32,000 nt of DNA from Haloferax volcanii DS2 (GTDB lineage: Archaea > Halobacteriota > Halobacteria > Halobacteriales > Haloferacaceae), in contig NC_013964.1 in NCBI RefSeq assembly GCF_000025685.1, positions 150,001 to 182,000 on the forward strand, read 5' to 3'. Under the pieces are notes generated by a model, which did no database searches, had not been told where the DNA came from, and was given only the letters and a program-made list of their open reading frames with translations. Positions 1 to 9,004 of this stretch are shown here, piece by piece (position 1 is the stretch's first letter; every line of letters starts with the position of its first letter). The translations under genes and the position numbers were made by a program.

Positions 1-161
1 ATGCGCATCGTCGTCGTCTTCCCCGCGCCGTTCGGCCCGAGAAAGCCGTACACCGTTCCGCTCGGAATCGACAGCGAGACGCCGTCGAGCGCGACCTCGG
101 AGCCGTAGGCCTTCCTGAGGTCGGTCGCTTCGACCGCGGCGTCCGCGTTCGTGGAGGGCAT
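1..161 (-). CDS. ABC transporter ATP-binding protein, N-terminal 53 codons only (gene runs off the window start)
   Basis: Hand translation of the minus strand from the ATG at 159-161 gives [53 protein letters not shown]. This contains the Walker A motif GPNGAGKT and the typical ABC N-terminal beta-strand. It is absent from the ORF track because it has no stop within the window. Confidence 0.8.
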   Translation of the reverse strand, partial: MPSTNADAAVEATDLRKAYGSEVALDGVSLSIPSGTVYGFLGPNGAGKTTTMR

Positions 162-247
162 GGGACGAGCCTCGATTCACTCTCCGGACGCGTAATGGTT
201 GCGGCTTGACACACGGGCAACAGAAACGCGTCGATTCGCCCGCCGTC

Positions 248-1114
248 TCAGGGAGTCGTCGTCTCGGGGTTCGTCGGGCGAATCGACCGGTAGAACGCGG
301 TCGAGTACGCGGCGAAGAAGCCGCCGATGAGGCCGCTGACGAGCACGAGTCCGACCGCGACGGCGACCATGCCGACGACGCCGATTGCCGGGAGGCTCGA
401 AAACGCCGACGCGGCGGGCGCACCGCTTCCCGGGCCGGCCACCGCGGTCCCCTGATGCCGGAGCGACGGGGTGAGGAGGAGCGAGGCCACGCCGCCGAAC
501 ACGCCGGCGACGAGGCCGCCGAGGCCGACGATGACCGAGTAGCCGAAGACCGATACGAGGTTGTTTCTGACGCAGGCGACGCTCCGCTTGACGCCGTCGA
601 CCGCGCCGAGGTCGTCGATGACGATGGCGTGGCCGAAGAACTGCACGACGAACGCCACGGCGAGGTAGGTGAGCACGACGGCGAGGACGACGATGGCCAG
701 AATCGCGAGCCCGACCGTGCCCAACTCGATTCCGCTCCCGAGGACGGCGAGGCCGACGAACACCGCGGCGAAGCCGCCGACGAACGACAACACGAGGTTG
801 ACGACGAGCAGGCTGAAGTAGACGACGAGCAGCGAGACGTAGTGCGACTTCCCCTCGCTGACGAGCGTGCCGAGCGAGGTGCGACCGTCGATAGCTTCGT
901 TGGCCATGCCGAGGACCCCGCCGAGGAAAAACGGGATGACGAATACCGTGACCCCGCTGAAGACCAGCGAGACGATGCCGCCGACGAGCGGGCCGACCGC
1001 CTGTGCGAACAGCGACGGGAGTTGGACGAGGCTGAACGCCATGGCGACGACGAACAGTATCGGGTTCCGTCTGAGAGAGCCGGCGGCTGTGCCGATGGAT
1101 TGGAGGGCTGCCAT
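248..1114 (-). CDS. Polytopic integral membrane protein of unknown function, probably in an operon with the downstream ABC ATPase
   Basis: Track ORF is 248..1291. I moved the start to the internal ATG at 1112-1114 (MAALQSIGTAAGSLRRNPILFVVAMAFSL...). The 59 upstream codons are Arg/Ser-rich, not hydrophobic, and overlap the 3' end of the hydrolase gene. The rest is a series of long hydrophobic G/A/V/L-rich segments. It lies on the same strand, 86 nt upstream of the ABC ATPase start. Confidence 0.6.
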   Translation of the reverse strand: MAALQSIGTAAGSLRRNPILFVVAMAFSLVQLPSLFAQAVGPLVGGIVSLVFSGVTVFVIPFFLGGVLGMANEAIDGRTSLGTLVSEGKSHYVSLLVVYFSLLVVNLVLSFVGGFAAVFVGLAVLGSGIELGTVGLAILAIVVLAVVLTYLAVAFVVQFFGHAIVIDDLGAVDGVKRSVACVRNNLVSVFGYSVIVGLGGLVAGVFGGVASLLLTPSLRHQGTAVAGPGSGAPAASAFSSLPAIGVVGMVAVAVGLVLVSGLIGGFFAAYSTAFYRSIRPTNPETTTP

Positions 1115-1268
1115 ACCGCCCACGTCGCGGTACCGCACAAAGAATGTTGGGTTGACAGGTCGTCCCTCCCGTCCCCGGTCTCCGACCCACAACTCGGTCG
1201 TTGACGAACGGGAGGCGGCCCGTGTTGCCGAGACCGCGATTACGCGTGTACCCGTGTAATCGGCGCTT

Positions 1269-2087
1269 TCACGGGAGACCGGCTCGGTCACGAAGGAACG
1301 CGTCGACCGCGGCCGCGACCCGCTCGGGGTCGTCGCCGGGGCCGCCGTGGCCGAGCGCGTCGAACTCGACGAACCGACTGGTCGGGAGGGCGTCGTGGAC
1401 GTTTCGGGCGCTCTCGCGGAGGAAGTCGGGACCGTCGGTGCCGGCCAAGACCACGGCCGGCGCGTCCACGTCCAAGCGGGCCGGAAGCCGGTACTGCTCG
1501 ACCGCGCGGTTCATCCGGACGACCTCCTCGGCGAGGGCGACGCAGTCGGGCCAGACGGGCCATTCGTCGAGCCACGCGTCGAGGTCGTCGATGCCGTCGG
1601 GGTGGAGCACCTGCTCGACGTAGCGTTTGACCGCCTCGCGCCGCTGTCCCGCCTCCACGAGCGCGGCCATGCGCTCCGAGAGGTTCGCCTCGGTTCGGTT
1701 CGCTTCCGGGAGTACCGCCGGTTCGTAGGCGGCGACGGCGGCCACCCGCGCGTCGGTCGCCGCTTCGAGGGCGGTGAGCGCGCCGTAGGAGTGACCGAAC
1801 AGCACCGGGTCGCGCCCGGTCGCCGCGCGAATCCCGTCGACGAGTTCGCGGACGCACTCGACCTCGCGCTCCAGCACCGCCTCGGCGGGCGTCGTCTCGG
1901 CGTCGTCCAGACAGGTGCCGAACCCGGGTCGCTCCGGGACGACGACCTCGTAGTCCCCGAGGTGCGGGACGACCGGGTCCCAGAACGCCGGCGGTGCCAT
2001 CCCGCCGTGACAGCACAGAAGCGGCGTGTCGTCTCCGAATCGTTCGTCGGACGGTTCGGCTCCGGGTTCGAATCGAATCGGTTGCAT
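1269..2087 (-). CDS. Alpha/beta-fold hydrolase
   Basis: 272-aa ORF with the nucleophile elbow GHSYG (G-x-S-x-G), an HGG-type motif (CCHGG) near the N-terminus, a C-terminal GHGG region and acidic composition. Competing ORFs in other frames are Arg/Pro-rich shadows. Confidence 0.85.
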   Translation of the reverse strand: MQPIRFEPGAEPSDERFGDDTPLLCCHGGMAPPAFWDPVVPHLGDYEVVVPERPGFGTCLDDAETTPAEAVLEREVECVRELVDGIRAATGRDPVLFGHSYGALTALEAATDARVAAVAAYEPAVLPEANRTEANLSERMAALVEAGQRREAVKRYVEQVLHPDGIDDLDAWLDEWPVWPDCVALAEEVVRMNRAVEQYRLPARLDVDAPAVVLAGTDGPDFLRESARNVHDALPTSRFVEFDALGHGGPGDDPERVAAAVDAFLRDRAGLP

Positions 2088-2219
2088 CGCACCCTCGCTT
2101 GTCGCCGGCGTCGGCTAAGTCGCACTCTCAGCCGTGCGGCCGTTTACATGGGGGCCGAAGACGGAGACCGCCTCGGCCGCTTCGACACGCCCATGACCGA
2201 CCGCCGAGAGAGCGGACGT

Positions 2220-2906
2220 ATGGGGCTCATCGCCGAGTTCGACATCGACTGCGACGCGCTCCCGCTGACCGGGGTCGCGGCGGCGGTTCCGGAGGCGACG
2301 CTCGCGCTGGAACTCCAGTACAACCACGGCGAGCGGCCGATGTTCATCGTGACGGCCACCGGTGGAGAGACGCGGGCGCTCGAAGGCGCCATGGACGACG
2401 CCTTCGACGTGGCCGACTGGACGCGAATCGGTGAGTCGGGCGAGACGCGCCGGTATCAGGCTGCCCCGGCGCGGAGCTTCGAAGAACAGCTCGGAGACAG
2501 CCTCGACGACCTCGCCGGACTGGAGGCCCTCGCCACCGCCGACGCCATCATCGAGCGCATCGAGGTCCGGCCGGCGGGCTGGCGGCAGACCGGCTGGTTC
2601 GCAGACCGCGACGAATTCGGGCGATTCGCGTCGTTCTGGCGGCGGAGCGCCGGTTTCGAACTCCGACGACTCGCCCGCGACGGCGACCCCGAACCGCCGG
2701 GCGAGGGACTCACCGACCGACAGAACGAGGCGCTCCGGACGGCGTACGAACTGGGCTACTTCGACATCCCCCGCGGGGCCACCCTGCGGGAGGTCGCCGA
2801 CGAACTCGGCATCACCGCGTCCTCGGCCTCCGAGCGACTCCGGCGGGCGCAGACCCGGCTCATCGCCGAGACGGTGGCGACGACGTGGCCGCCGCTTCCG
2901 AACTGA
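2220..2906 (+). CDS. HTH_10 (Bat-like) family transcriptional regulator
   Basis: The C-terminus LTDRQNEALRTAYELGYFDIPRGATLREVADELGITASSASERLRRAQTRLI is the haloarchaeal HTH_10 signature. The start is set at ATG 2220 (MGLIAEFDIDCDALPLTGVAAAVPEATL) because it aligns with the N-terminus of the paralog at 14917 (MTLVVECRLVSERLPLTDVAAAVPDVTL). Alternative in-frame ATGs lie at 2148 and 2193. The track ORF from 1347 is an antisense extension over the hydrolase gene. Confidence 0.8.
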   Translation: MGLIAEFDIDCDALPLTGVAAAVPEATLALELQYNHGERPMFIVTATGGETRALEGAMDDAFDVADWTRIGESGETRRYQAAPARSFEEQLGDSLDDLAGLEALATADAIIERIEVRPAGWRQTGWFADRDEFGRFASFWRRSAGFELRRLARDGDPEPPGEGLTDRQNEALRTAYELGYFDIPRGATLREVADELGITASSASERLRRAQTRLIAETVATTWPPLPN

Positions 2907-2980
2907 CGAACCGCGGAACGGACCGCCCGGCTACCCGCCCGCCCACCCAACCGGCCGAGTCGCGTCCGGCGACGAACGCC

Positions 2981-4204
2981 CTAACTCAGCCGAACGACGG
3001 CGCTCCGGCCGGCGAAGTAGACGCCGCCCCCGGCGACGCTCGGTCCGATGTCGAAGCGTTGGCGCTCGTCTCCGGCCAATTCCTGTCGCGTATTCCCGGT
3101 GGCGGCGTCGAGGACGGTCATCGCGCCGCCGCTGTCATCCCGCGTCCGGACGAACACCGTTCCCGCGCCGACGGCGATACCGCTCGCGTAGCCCCCGGCG
3201 TAGTTCCGGTTGTCCCAACAGCGGGTCCCGTCAGCCAGCGCGAGCGTGACCAGTCGGTCGTCGGCCGCGACGTACACCCGACTGCCGTCGGTCGCGATGG
3301 TCTCGGGCTGCCTCGGTCGGCGTTCGCCCCCTGCCCGCCGCGGTTCGAGCCGGTAGCGCCAGCGCTCCTCGCCGGTCTCGGCGTCGAATCCGAGCACCGT
3401 TCCCGCCCCGGTCCCGACGAGGACGGTCCCCTCGACGACCGAGACGTTACAGTCGATTCGGGCGCTCGTCTTCGCGCGCCAGCGCTCCGTCCCGTCGGCC
3501 GTATCCAGCGCCCGGACGTAGGTGTCGTCGCCGGCGGCGTAGACCGTGTCGCCGTCGACCGCGGGCGTCGAGTCGGAGGGGAACCCGGTCGCGGCCCGCC
3601 AGCGAGTCTCGCCGGTCGAGAGTGCCAGCGCGTGCGTCGCCACGCCCGACTGGACGTAGACGGTGTCGCCCGCGACGATAGGGCTCGCGCCGAAGATGCC
3701 GCCGTCGAGGTCTTCTCGCTTCCAGCGCCGGTCGCCCGTCGCCGCGTCGAACGCGTGGGTCGCGGCGTTGGTCACGACGACGAGCGTCCCGCCGCCGACT
3801 GCGGGCGCGGGTTCGGGGTCGGTGAGCGGTCTGGTCCACATCCGCTCGCCGGTCTCGGCGTCGACCGCGGAGAGTTCGTCGTCCATGTCGTGGACGTAGA
3901 CGGTGCCGTCGGCGACGACCGGGACGTGGTGGCCGACGTAGGTCTCGACGGGCACCGTCCAGTCTATCGCGAGGTCGCCCTCGGGGACGGCCTCGGCCGC
4001 GACGGCTCCGGTGTTCGTCGCCGGACCCAGCACGCCGCGCCAGTCCGTCGTCGCCGGTTCGACGGGGTCGTACTCGGGGCACTCTCCGTTCGTCGGGTTG
4101 TGCTCCGACCGCGTTCCGAGACAGCCCGTTGCGCCGATGGCGGCGGTCGCCCCGAGACTCGCCAAGAGCCGTCGTCGGGTCGGTCGCTTGCCCGCGTCGG
4201 TCAT
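2981..4204 (-). CDS. PQQ-like beta-propeller repeat lipoprotein (Tat signal plus lipobox)
   Basis: Start at the ATG at 4202-4204 gives MTDAGKRPTRRRLLASLGATAAIGATGCLG, which has a twin-arginine motif followed by a Cys lipobox. The body has repeated motifs of the type G.VYV...DG.L.ALD..TGE.RW, characteristic of PQQ_2-type propellers. The track ORF extension to 5134 is an Arg-rich shadow. Confidence 0.8.
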   Translation of the reverse strand: MTDAGKRPTRRRLLASLGATAAIGATGCLGTRSEHNPTNGECPEYDPVEPATTDWRGVLGPATNTGAVAAEAVPEGDLAIDWTVPVETYVGHHVPVVADGTVYVHDMDDELSAVDAETGERMWTRPLTDPEPAPAVGGGTLVVVTNAATHAFDAATGDRRWKREDLDGGIFGASPIVAGDTVYVQSGVATHALALSTGETRWRAATGFPSDSTPAVDGDTVYAAGDDTYVRALDTADGTERWRAKTSARIDCNVSVVEGTVLVGTGAGTVLGFDAETGEERWRYRLEPRRAGGERRPRQPETIATDGSRVYVAADDRLVTLALADGTRCWDNRNYAGGYASGIAVGAGTVFVRTRDDSGGAMTVLDAATGNTRQELAGDERQRFDIGPSVAGGGVYFAGRSAVVRLS

Positions 4205-5490
4205 GCGACCTTCACCACCCCGCGGTGCGCGTGGGTCAGATACATCGCGTCCCCGGTGACGACCGGCGACGCCACCGGTCGGCCGTAGTACGGCTCGGCG
4301 AAGTAGTTCCCGCTCCGGAGCCACTCGTCGGCGTCGCCGCCCCACTGCCGCGTCCCGTCGGCGGCGGAGACCGCTCCGGTTCGGATGTAGACCCGCCCGT
4401 CGGCGACGGGCGGACGAGCGAGATACGGGAGCGCCGTCGGGTCGCGGCCGTGGCTCGGCGGCGCTTCGTTCACCACGCGCCACCGTTCGACGCCCTCGCT
4501 CCGCGAGAGCGCGTAGAGGTTCTTCGCGCCGACGTAGACTCGTTCGTCGTCGACCGTCGGCGGGCCTGCCGCCGCCGAGCCGGTCACGAACTGCCACCGC
4601 TGCTCGCCGGTGTCGGGGTCCAGCGCGTAGACGGTTCCGCCGACGGTCGCGTACAGCGCGTCGTCGGTGACGGCGAGGCCGTTGGGTGACCGGCCGTACC
4701 GCCCGTCGAGCACCGTCCGCCAGCGCCGCCCGCCGCCGTGGTCGTAGCCGAGAACGACGACCGCCTCGCGCTCCCGGTCGAACGGCGTGAAGGCGGCGTA
4801 GACGCCGCGGTCGTCGGCGACGGGCATCGTGGTTTCGACCGGTTCGTCCGGACCGAGGAGGCGCTCTGCCGGCCCCGGTCGGTCGGCGGTCCACAGCCGG
4901 CTCCCGTCGCTTCCGACGGCGTGCAGGCGACCGCTCCCGCTTTCGACGTACAGCCGGTCCCCGTACGCCGTCGGCGTACCGAGTCGGCCGCCGAGGTCCG
5001 CGGTCCATTCGTTCCCCCCGTCGCTCCCGACGGCGTGGAGCGCGCCGTCGTACCCGCCGATGACGACGGTTCCTGAGTCGTCGTCGACGACCGCGGGGCC
5101 GCCGCCGAGGCCGTCCGCGAAGCCTTCGACCCACCGGACCGACCCGGACGCGGCGTCGATTGCGGCCAGCGGGCTCACGAAGTCGTCCGGCCTGTAATAG
5201 TGGGTGGCGACCCCAGTGACGTAGACCGTGCCGTCAGCGACGACCGGCGGGGACAGCGCGCCGTAGAGCGGTGGGTCGGCGGAACTCCGCGAGACGCTCC
5301 ACGAGACGGTTCCTTCGGTCGGGCCGTCGGGGGCGCGACCCGTCGCCTGCGGGTCGTAGCCGGCGGTCGGCCACGCCGTCGTCGGCGCGTCGAACGTCGC
5401 GTCCGGGGCCGGCGACGAACCGCCGCAGCCAGCGACCCCGCTCACGAGCGCGGCTCCGCCCGCGGCCAGTACCTCTCGTCTGGAGAGCAT
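4201..5490 (-). CDS. PQQ-like beta-propeller repeat lipoprotein (Tat signal plus lipobox)
   Basis: Start at the ATG at 5488-5490 gives MLSRREVLAAGGAALVSGVAGCGG. Propeller blades repeat (DGTVYVTG, LHAVGSDG..LW, VYALDPDTGEQRW). The stop overlaps the downstream paralog's start by 4 nt (ATGA at 4201-4204). Confidence 0.8.
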   Translation of the reverse strand: MLSRREVLAAGGAALVSGVAGCGGSSPAPDATFDAPTTAWPTAGYDPQATGRAPDGPTEGTVSWSVSRSSADPPLYGALSPPVVADGTVYVTGVATHYYRPDDFVSPLAAIDAASGSVRWVEGFADGLGGGPAVVDDDSGTVVIGGYDGALHAVGSDGGNEWTADLGGRLGTPTAYGDRLYVESGSGRLHAVGSDGSRLWTADRPGPAERLLGPDEPVETTMPVADDRGVYAAFTPFDREREAVVVLGYDHGGGRRWRTVLDGRYGRSPNGLAVTDDALYATVGGTVYALDPDTGEQRWQFVTGSAAAGPPTVDDERVYVGAKNLYALSRSEGVERWRVVNEAPPSHGRDPTALPYLARPPVADGRVYIRTGAVSAADGTRQWGGDADEWLRSGNYFAEPYYGRPVASPVVTGDAMYLTHAHRGVVKVA

Positions 5491-5617
5491 ACGCCCGCCG
5501 TCTCGGCGCGGAATAAAAACCTTCGTGGCTCCCCGCTCGGAGACCCGCCGACCGCGGCCGGTCGCGCCGCCGTCGGAACCAACAGGAGTATTATCAATCG
5601 GCACACACGTCCCCGCG

Positions 5618-6538
5618 ATGCCCTCCTATTCGAGACGCGACGCGCTGAAGACGATTCCGGCGCTCGCCGCCGGTCTCGCCGGCTGTGCGAGCCTCACGGG
5701 CCGCGACGACTCGCTTCCGATGCCGACCGCGTGGACGGCGGACGTGCGGACTCCGACCCGCGCCGTTCGGCCGCCGTCCGGCCCCCTGCTCGTCGGGACT
5801 GAGAGCCAGTTTCGTGACGACCCGATGGTGTCCGCGCTCGACCCCGCGACCGGCGAGGAGCGCTGGGCGGTGACCGGTGGCAAAGGCCGCCGGTCGCCCC
5901 TCGGCTTCGACGACCGCCACGCCTACCTGTTTTCGAGGGCGGAGCGGGCCACGGCGGTCGACTACGAGGCGGGCGAGCGAGCGTGGTCCACCGAACTGAC
6001 GGGCGTCGATAGAGCCGACCCGGGCGTCGTTCAGTACCCGCCGGCCGTCGCCGGCGACACCGTCTTCGTCGGGAGCGCGACCGAGGAACTGCTGGCGCTC
6101 GACGCGGCGACCGGCGAGGTTCGGTGGCGCGCGCCGCTCCAAAACACCGTGTTCTCTCGGCCGCTCGTCGCCGACGGCCGCGTGTACGTCGGCGGCGCGG
6201 ACTACTTCCTGTACGCCTTCGACGCCGCGTCCGGCACCCGACTGTGGCGGGACGAGCTCGCCGCCCCCGTGACCCGTGGGCCGACCCGCGTCGACGACCG
6301 ACTGGTGACCGTCGTGGGGTCGGACATTCTCGTCCGGGGGCACAGCGGGACCGTCCCGTTCGACCCGACCGCGCTGTACGTCCACGCGACCGACGGGACG
6401 CTCGTCGACGAACAGCTGTTCGAGCGAACTCCCGATGGCGGCAGAGTGAACTGGGCTGTCGCCGTGGGCGGTGGCGTCTACGTCGGACAGGAATGGCAAC
6501 TCGCTCGCCTCGCCCCGGAGGTGCTCGATGCCGAGTGA
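5618..6538 (+). CDS. PQQ-like beta-propeller repeat lipoprotein (Tat signal plus lipobox)
   Basis: Start at ATG 5618 gives MPSYSRRDALKTIPALAAGLAGCAS. Blade motifs are present (ALDPATGEERW, LLALDAATGEVRW, LYAFDAASGTRLW). It is divergent from the 4201..5490 paralog across a 127-nt spacer. Confidence 0.8.
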   Translation: MPSYSRRDALKTIPALAAGLAGCASLTGRDDSLPMPTAWTADVRTPTRAVRPPSGPLLVGTESQFRDDPMVSALDPATGEERWAVTGGKGRRSPLGFDDRHAYLFSRAERATAVDYEAGERAWSTELTGVDRADPGVVQYPPAVAGDTVFVGSATEELLALDAATGEVRWRAPLQNTVFSRPLVADGRVYVGGADYFLYAFDAASGTRLWRDELAAPVTRGPTRVDDRLVTVVGSDILVRGHSGTVPFDPTALYVHATDGTLVDEQLFERTPDGGRVNWAVAVGGGVYVGQEWQLARLAPEVLDAE

Positions 6539-7784
6539 GCCGCCGGAACGGTCGGGTTCGGCCGGGAATCGGAACCGACACGTCTCCCGCCGCGCGGTGC
6601 TCGGCGGGCTCGCGGCCGTCGGTTCGCTCGCGGTCGCCGGCTGCGGTTCGATTCCCGGACTCGGCGGGAGACGGCCCGTCTGGCGACGCGACATCGACGG
6701 TGCGTACATGGCCGGTCCGCCCGCCACCACCGACGAACTGGTTCTCGTCGGGATGCAGGACAAGGCGCTGTACGGCCTGCGGCGCGAAGACGGGTCGACC
6801 GCCGTCCGGTTCGAAACGGGCGGCCCGATAGAGACGCGACCCGTCACCCCTTCGTCCGGCGGTCCGTACCACGTCCACAGCACCGACGGCGACCTCTACG
6901 CCGTCGATGCGGCGGGCGACGAACTGTGGCGCGACGAGGGCACGGCGCGCCGGGCGCGACTCGTCCGCACCGACTCGCTCGTCGCTGAACTCGACTTCGC
7001 GCCCCCCGAGAACACGCTCACGGGCTACGACCCCCAGACCGGTGACCGACGCTTCGACCGGGCTGTTTCCTCGCACTCCCTCAACGGCGTCACCGACGAC
7101 TCGCTCGTGGTTCCCGTGCCGGTGGGCGGGAGCGACTCGCGCGTCGTCTCGCTTTCGCCGGCGGACGGGAGCGTCCGGTGGCGAACTGAGCCCCGACGGT
7201 GGTATTCCAACGTGGTCGCGGACTCTCGACTCGTCGTCGCCGCGAGAGACGGGACGCTGGCAGCCTACGAGCCGTCAGACGGGAGCGCTCGGTGGCGCGT
7301 CCCCATCGGCGACGTGGGACGGACGATGGTGCTCGGGTCGCAGGCGTACCTCGCCCGCGACCGGGAAGACGGGCGGCAGGAACTGCTCGCGTTCGACCGC
7401 GAGACCGGCGAGAAACGGTGGGCGAACCCCACCGGCTACCAGATTCGAGCGGTCGAGGCCACGGACGACGCGGTGTTCGTCGGGACCCGCGTCGACGACC
7501 CCGACGGCGGGGTTCTCGGCCAAATCGACTGCTTCGGCCTCGACGGGACGCGGCGGTGGCAGACCGTGACCGGACTCCCGTCCGTCGACTCACTCGGCGT
7601 CACTGACTCTCGTGTCGTCGCCGTCTGGGACCGCGGCTTCGAGGTGCTGGCCCGAGACACCGGCGCGTCGCGGTGGTCGTACGAACCGGAATCGGCCAGT
7701 CGGCTCTCGTTCCGCGTCGAGTCGGCGTCGGTGTTTGTCTCGTACGTGGACGACGGCGAAGCCGCGCGGTTCCCGCTGGACTGA
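6528..7784 (+). CDS. PQQ-like beta-propeller repeat lipoprotein (Tat signal plus lipobox)
   Basis: Start at ATG 6528 gives MPSEPPERSGSAGNRNRHVSRRAVLGGLAAVGSLAVAGCGS. Blade motifs are present (LYAVDAAGDELW, LLAFDRETGEKRW, ARDTGASRW). It overlaps the upstream paralog by 11 nt. Confidence 0.8.
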   Translation: MPSEPPERSGSAGNRNRHVSRRAVLGGLAAVGSLAVAGCGSIPGLGGRRPVWRRDIDGAYMAGPPATTDELVLVGMQDKALYGLRREDGSTAVRFETGGPIETRPVTPSSGGPYHVHSTDGDLYAVDAAGDELWRDEGTARRARLVRTDSLVAELDFAPPENTLTGYDPQTGDRRFDRAVSSHSLNGVTDDSLVVPVPVGGSDSRVVSLSPADGSVRWRTEPRRWYSNVVADSRLVVAARDGTLAAYEPSDGSARWRVPIGDVGRTMVLGSQAYLARDREDGRQELLAFDRETGEKRWANPTGYQIRAVEATDDAVFVGTRVDDPDGGVLGQIDCFGLDGTRRWQTVTGLPSVDSLGVTDSRVVAVWDRGFEVLARDTGASRWSYEPESASRLSFRVESASVFVSYVDDGEAARFPLD

Positions 7785-7877
7785 CTCCGCGTCCCCGAGT
7801 CTCCGATTCGACGACGCGCTCCCCACCAACTTATTGCTGTGCCGAGGGGATACCCCGTCAACGAGGGACACGAACCG

Positions 7878-8912
7878 ATGGACGACACACGCCGCGCGTC
7901 TCCGCTGGAGCGCCTCGTCGAAGCGGCCGAAACCCGAACTGACGATGAGGTGAGCGACTCTCTCGGGGAACTCCTGACGGCGTCGCCGGAAGACCGAAAG
8001 CGGGCGCTCCGCGAACTTCGAGACCTCGCGAACGACAGGCCGACCGCGTTCGAGTCGTTTATGCCTGCGGTCACGCCGTTTCTCACCGACGACGAGCGCG
8101 CCGTTCGACTGCTGACCGCGAAGGCGCTCGTCGCGGTCGCGGAGGCCGACTCCGACGCGGTCGCGCCCGCGGTTTCGGCGCTCGCCGAGCGCCTCGCCGA
8201 CGAAGACGAGTTCTACTACGTCCGCGCGCGGTCGGCCGAGGCGCTGGGCTACGTCGCGCTCGACCACCCCGACGCGGTCGCCTCGCCGGCGGTGCTCGCG
8301 GACCTCCGCGTCGGCCTCTCGTTCGACGAACCCGAGGTGAAACAGAAGCTGGCGAAGGCGCTCGAATGCGTCGCGCTCGGCGACCCCGGGCGGCTTCGCC
8401 ACCGCGTCTCGGCGCTCGCCGAACATCTCGACGACGGGGACGAACTCGTCCGGTACCATCTCTGTACGGCGATTGCGGGCGTCGGCTGCGATTCGCCCGA
8501 CTCGCTCGCGGCGGTTCGCGGGGCGCTCTCTGCTCGGCTCGTCGACGAGAACGCCTTCGTCCGGGGCCGCGCCGCCGAGGCGCTCGGGCTGTTGGCCGGT
8601 GAGCGCGGCGACCGCCGTGACCACGGTGAATCGGTGGCGGTTCCGGACTCGGCGCTCGGTGCGGAGTCCGACGAGGCGGCCGCGTTCGTCGCCGAACGAG
8701 TCGGGTTTCTTCGGGCGTCGATGGAGGGCGATACCGCGGCTGCGGCGTCGACGGTCGAGGGCGTCGGCACGCTCGCCGGCGTTCGACGCACGACCGCGGA
8801 CGCAGTCACCGAGATAACGTCGCCCGACGCAGAGGGTGTCTGTCCCCACTGCGGTATCGACCTCGCCGAGGGCGCGCCGCCGATGTGTCCGAGCTGCGGC
8901 GCTCCGTACTGA
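7878..8912 (+). CDS. HEAT-repeat protein with C-terminal CxxC...CxxC zinc ribbon
   Basis: Repeated HEAT/PBS-lyase-like units are visible (VRLLTAKALVAVA, VRARSAEALGYVA, VKQKLAKALECVA, VRGRAAEALGLLA). The C-terminus is VCPHCGIDLAEGAPPMCPSCGAPY. The start is taken at ATG 7878 (MDDTRRASPLERL). The track start 7839 is an alternative. Confidence 0.75.
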   Translation: MDDTRRASPLERLVEAAETRTDDEVSDSLGELLTASPEDRKRALRELRDLANDRPTAFESFMPAVTPFLTDDERAVRLLTAKALVAVAEADSDAVAPAVSALAERLADEDEFYYVRARSAEALGYVALDHPDAVASPAVLADLRVGLSFDEPEVKQKLAKALECVALGDPGRLRHRVSALAEHLDDGDELVRYHLCTAIAGVGCDSPDSLAAVRGALSARLVDENAFVRGRAAEALGLLAGERGDRRDHGESVAVPDSALGAESDEAAAFVAERVGFLRASMEGDTAAAASTVEGVGTLAGVRRTTADAVTEITSPDAEGVCPHCGIDLAEGAPPMCPSCGAPY

Positions 8913-9004
8913 ACTCCGCGTCCGGCGTGACCGACGAGCGGTCGTCCGTCACGGCCGTGCCGACCGAAACTCGCTCCCGCGCCTCGGACGACAGCCGCCG
9001 CCGT

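Noticed and set aside
177-1204. Long ORFs 177..1190 (-), 206..1204 (+) and 867..1259 (+) overlapping the membrane-protein gene
   Set aside because: Their translations are extreme Arg/Pro/Gly or Asp/Glu/Arg low-complexity strings, typical of out-of-frame and antisense shadows in about 70% GC DNA. Only the 248..1114 frame gives a coherent hydrophobic protein.
1347-2219. N-terminal extension of the HTH_10 ORF (track start 1347), and likewise the extensions 4205..5134, 14563..14916 and 18852..19316
   Set aside because: The extensions run antisense through neighbouring well-supported genes or through intergenic DNA. Internal ATGs give N-termini that align between paralogs or begin directly with signal peptides or RHH strands.
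5594-8849. Long antisense ORFs 5594..6883 (-), 5694..7076 (-) and 7590..8849 (-), plus many 60-240-aa ORFs across the PQQ and HEAT genes
   Set aside because: They are Arg-rich shadow frames with no recognisable motifs. The opposite-strand frames carry clear signal peptides and repeat motifs.
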